The notes under the pieces were generated by a model. The model saw only the letters and a list, made by a program, of their open reading frames with translations, had not been told where the DNA came from and searched no databases. Shown in pieces: positions 10,355 to 13,862 of a stretch of DNA of 13,862 nucleotides (the stretch's first letter is position 1; every line of letters starts with the position of its first letter). The DNA is from Octopus sinensis (lineage: Eukaryota), in NCBI RefSeq assembly GCF_006345805.1, contig NW_021826024.1:1-13862 (forward strand), in the 5' to 3' direction. Made by a program: the position numbers and the translations under genes.

Positions 10355-10773
10355 TACTCTTTTACTCTTTTACTCTTTCACTTGTTTCAGTCATTTGACT
10401 GCGGCCATGCTGGAGCACCACCTTTAGTCGAGCAAATCGACCCCGGGACTTATTCTTTGTAAGCCCAGTACTTATTCTATCGGTCTCTTTTTGCCGAACA
10501 CTAAGTGACGGGGACGTAAACCCACAAGCATCGGTTGTCAAGCGATGGTGGGGGTACAGACACAGACACACAAACATATACACACACATACATATATATA
10601 TATATAATATACATATATACGACAGGCTTCTTTCAGTTTCCGTCTACCAAATCCACTCACAAGGCATTGGTCGGCCCGAGGCTATAGCAGAAGACACTTG
10701 CCCAAGATGCCACGGAGTGGGAAAGAACCCGGAACCATGGGGTTGGTAAGCAAGCTACTTACCACACAGCCAC
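10355..10773 (-). mobile_element. Full-length tRNA-derived, CORE-like octopus SINE
   Basis: Minus-strand head GTGGCTGTGTGGTAAG (A box), GGTTCTTTCCC (degenerate B box), CORE-like ATCTTGGGCAAGTG, an internal TA/TG microsatellite and a (AAAGAGTA)n tail. No clear target-site duplication (TSD). Confidence 0.92.
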
Positions 10774-10856
10774 GATGTGGTGATGCTGATGGTGGCGTTG
10801 ATATCAGTGGTGGGTATTATGTAGGTGGTTGTGGTGATGGTGGTGTTAGTGGTGGT
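10774..10856. repeat. Degenerate (GGT)n repeat
   Basis: Directly visible. Confidence 0.8.
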
Positions 10857-11113
10857 ATAAATTAGAATAAAACGCCAGTTAAAACCAACTTTTATCTCTG
10901 ATGCTGACAAAAGAAAAATTGTTGGAGCCATTATAAGGACATTAGCAGTGAATATAACAAAGCAGGAATATCCGCCATAATGAGAAGAGGAGAGGAAATG
11001 AAGAGGATGTCCATGGCGATTTCAATAACAGTTATAATAATGGCATTAATTGTAATAACGGTTTCAAAAAGAAGAATATTATTCATGATACTAACAATGA
11101 TACGACACCTACC

Positions 11114-11115
<2 letters not shown>

Positions 11116-11150
<35 letters not shown>

Positions 11151-11196
11151 TGATGATGATGATGATGATGATAATAATAATAATAATAATAATAAC

Positions 11197-11231
<35 letters not shown>

Positions 11232-11302
11232 TGATGATAATAATAATAATAATATAATAAAATAATAATATGATAATGATAATAATGATAATAATAATAA
11301 TG

Positions 11303-11339
<37 letters not shown>

Positions 11340-11356
11340 TAATAATAATAATAATT

Positions 11357-11402
<46 letters not shown>

Positions 11403-11405
11403 TAA
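11116..11405. repeat. (AAT)n/(GAT)n trinucleotide microsatellite
   Basis: Directly visible. It explains the poly-I and poly-L ORFs. Confidence 0.97.
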
Positions 11406-11539
11406 AATGTAATGAAGAGAAATACAAGTAATTGCAGAATATGTGGAGATGGACAAAAAAACAATAAATCATATTGTCTCTGGCTGCTTAGTCCTGGCTG
11501 AGAAGGAATATATTCACAGACACCACATCACAGCCCCCC

Positions 11540-11658
11540 CCCCTCCCGCCGGAGACTCGTGGAGCTTTTAGGTGTTTTCGCTCAATAAGCACACACAACG
11601 CCCAGTCTGGGAATCGAAACCGCGATCCCACGAACGCGAGTCCTTACCGTAACCAGCG
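11540..11658 (-). mobile_element. 5' tRNA-like head of a third SINE family (truncated)
   Basis: The minus strand reads GGACTCGCGTTCGTGGGATCGCGGTTTCGATTCCCAGACTGGGCG, containing B box GGTTTCGATTCCC. Confidence 0.75.
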
Positions 11659-11714
11659 TATATAATATATATATATATATATATACTCTTTTACTCTTTA
11701 TATATATATCTATA

Positions 11715-11759
<45 letters not shown>

Positions 11760-11825
11760 CATTATATATTAATATATATATATATAATATATAATATAAT
11801 ATATTATATATATAATATAATATAT

Positions 11826-11864
<39 letters not shown>

Positions 11865-11872
11865 CTATATAT
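11659..11872. repeat. (TA)n microsatellite
   Basis: Directly visible. Confidence 0.95.
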
Positions 11873-12041
11873 ATAATAGTTATCGCCATACTAATATGGC
11901 ATTCTTATAAAAATAAGAAAAAAAGCTGTCCGCTTATTAGCTCCATGAGGCCATCGCCTTAAGTTAGCTATTTGATACACAAACTGTGTCCATATAACCT
12001 TCGAACAAGGAGGTCAGTCGCTCCACACTACTTGACCGGCA

Positions 12042-12083
12042 GCTACAGACGCGTTTCGGGGTATTGCCCCTTTTCAATGCAGC
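12042..12083 (-). ncRNA. Mirror copy of the minimal type I hammerhead ribozyme
   Basis: Exact reverse complement of 12164-12205. The predicted cut is 3' of position 12048 on the minus strand. Confidence 0.8.
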
Positions 12084-12163
12084 GTAGCCAGCCAGTAGGT
12101 GTCGCTTCCGACAATCTCTGTTCGAACAGAGATTGTCGGAAGCGACACCTACTGGCTGGCTAC

Positions 12164-12205
12164 GCTGCATTGAAAAGGGGCAATACCCCGAAACGCGTCT
12201 GTAGC
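12164..12205 (+). ncRNA. Minimal type I hammerhead ribozyme (U3-A8 core variant)
   Basis: Stem I GCUGCA/UGUAGC; core UUGAAAA (12170-12176); stem II GGGG-CAAUA-CCCC; GAAA (12190-12193); palindromic mini stem III ACGCGU; cleavage triplet GUC, with the cut after 12199. Confidence 0.8.
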
Positions 12206-12431
12206 TGCCGGTCAAGTAGTGTGGAGCGACTGACCTCCCTTGTTCGAAGGTTATATGGATACAGTTTGTGTATCAAATAGCTAACTTAAGGCGATGGCCT
12301 CATGGAGCTAATAAGCGGACAGCTTTTTTCTTATTTTTATAAGAATGCCATATTAGTATGGCGATAACTATTATTTTCCGGGAACGCTGCCGCTGTTCTC
12401 TTTTAGAGAGACTTAGTTATTTTAATATTTC

Positions 12432-12490
12432 TATTATATATATATATATATATATACATATATATAGATATACATATAGATATAGATATA
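12432..12490. repeat. (TA)n/(TAGATA)n microsatellite
   Basis: Directly visible. Confidence 0.9.
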
Positions 12491-12881
12491 CGAAATGTAG
12501 TCCAGTGGTGCGGAGGGTGTATGTAATCGGTTTTATTAATAGAAAACACAATATAGATCTCACTTGGAGTCCAGGAAAAATTGTTTTATAATTAGTGTTG
12601 GGGAAGAAATGATTAGACGAACAGAGTGTGAGAATTGGGTGAGAAACGTGGCAGGAACGGAACTACATTAAAATTGCGTGGAGCGTGTAAAGGAAATAGA
12701 GAGATATTGCAGCAATTGCTTGTCGGAATGTGAAATATTGCGAGCAATGTGGACGGTAACAAGCAAGCATGAAATGCTTTGATGGAAAATACGAGAAGAT
12801 CTGATTGAAACGAATCCAGCATAAAATAAACCGGGCGAGTCAATGACTGTAATTTCATGTGTTTGATTATCTGAGTGGAAA

Positions 12882-13275
12882 TCTTTATAGATAAAAGAGA
12901 AGTTGTGTGTCTGTCTCCTACGATTTCGATTCCTAACTACTCCCACATTTTGCGGTGCAGTTTAACCAAAACCGGGTATCTTATAGTCGTGATTCATATC
13001 GAGCCCTTCTGGGTATTAGCGAGCGTCTACGATGAGTCTACGATTTAAAAAAATATTTATCATCATTTTTTCCATTTTAATGCATTTTTCGCTATTATAT
13101 AGGGGAAGGAACTCTCTAAAAATGTCTACGATGAGTCAACGATTAAAAAAAATTTACCATAATTTTTTTTCCATTTTTAATGCATTTTTTTGCTATTTTT
13201 TGGCTATAACTCTCTAAAAATGCTTATATAGCTATTTCCCTTACAAACTCGAGCAACGCCGGGCGATACTGCTAG
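12882..13275 (+). mobile_element. Complete non-autonomous Helitron (394 bp)
   Basis: 5' A|TCTTTATAGATAAAAG, 3' hairpin CTCGAGC-AAC-GCCGGG (13248-13263), then CTAG|T. It is inserted between A12881 and T13276 with no TSD. There is an internal ~99-bp tandem duplication (13025-13123 / 13124-13221). Confidence 0.88.
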
Positions 13276-13862
13276 TAGCAAATAAATTTGCGTCAAACCA
13301 CACAACTGTCTGAAATTGCGAAGTGTAGTTTGGAGAACTTGGTTCCGGATGCATTGTGGTGAAGAAAATTCAGTCTCGTCGCAATCGATACGTCTTTGAT
13401 CTTAAAGATACATGATCAGGGCTGATCTAAGGTTAATTAATAATTTATGGGGGAAAAAAATGTGCTGAGGTTGTGGAGCGTGCCAGGAGACTATATATAA
13501 TTTTAGAAAAAAATATTTCTGTTGGGAATCATTGATTTGGCGAGTCTTGGCAATAGAATACATTCAGGTAAAAGAGCCAAATAAGTTGAACAGTTACCAG
13601 AGAATACTGGAGATTTATGTCAGCTGTGAATAGAAGTGTTTTGGTCTGGGAATGGCTAGAGTTCAAAAGACAGGTGAGAAAATGTTTAAAGAGATAAAGT
13701 GTATGAAACGGTCAGCACTCATATGGCGAGAAGTGCATTGTGCGAAGGTGAAATTTCACTGCCCAAAGTTGGATAACATTTTTTGACTTAAAAGTTTGTA
13801 ATTTCATTGTGGCATATGAAAAAATCTTGGTAAATGTTCATTTTTTTTTTTAATGAGAAGAG

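Larger units (their letters stand above)
11873..12374. mobile_element. ~502-bp zero-spacer palindrome, probably a Penelope-like inverted pLTR derivative
   Basis: Arms are 11873-12123 and 12124-12374, with the centre at CTGTTC|GAACAG. By eye they differ only by one substitution and two 1-nt homopolymer indels. Each arm carries a hammerhead motif. The palindrome is certain from the sequence, whereas the Penelope origin is inferred. Confidence 0.8.

Noticed and set aside
11964-12280. ORFs 11964..12215 and 11972..12280 sharing the same peptide
   Set aside because: They are mirror products of the palindrome, with no RT or GIY-YIG motifs.
12347-12372. Hairpin GCCATA-TTAG-TATGGC near the arm end as a Helitron 3' terminus
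   Set aside because: It is followed by CTAT rather than CTRR, and no matching 5' TC end is evident. The hammerhead points instead to a Penelope-like origin.
12668-12946. EITVIDSPGLF resembling a GTPase G3 motif (AIG1/YihA-like DxPG)
   Set aside because: There is no P-loop or G4 motif, and the N-terminal part of the ORF lies inside the Helitron. It is most likely a chance match, and an HMM search would settle it.
13277-13862. Purine-rich sequence (also 12500-12880) as a very old L1/Tx1 remnant interrupted by the Helitron
   Set aside because: I could not recover any diagnostic peptide motif by eye.

Overview
AT-rich eukaryotic repetitive DNA. It is very probably octopus: the microsatellite load and three SINE families match my recollection of Octopus repeats, and I ran no search. 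No intact protein-coding gene is supported, and nearly all listed ORFs are microsatellite or palindrome artefacts. Contents: SINEs, two decayed CR1/L2/Jockey-type LINE 3' ends, a mariner remnant abutting an R2/NeSL-type RT remnant, a complete 394-bp non-autonomous Helitron, and a 4.7-copy ~600-bp tandem array whose unit carries a canonical 150-nt intron. There is also a ~1.3-kb foldback element with ~400-bp TIRs around a CCAAT/CRE + TATA promoter module. The most striking feature is a ~500-bp zero-spacer palindrome (11873-12374). Each arm encodes a minimal type I hammerhead ribozyme with a compensatory U3-A8 core, and the two ribozymes point outward from the centre.
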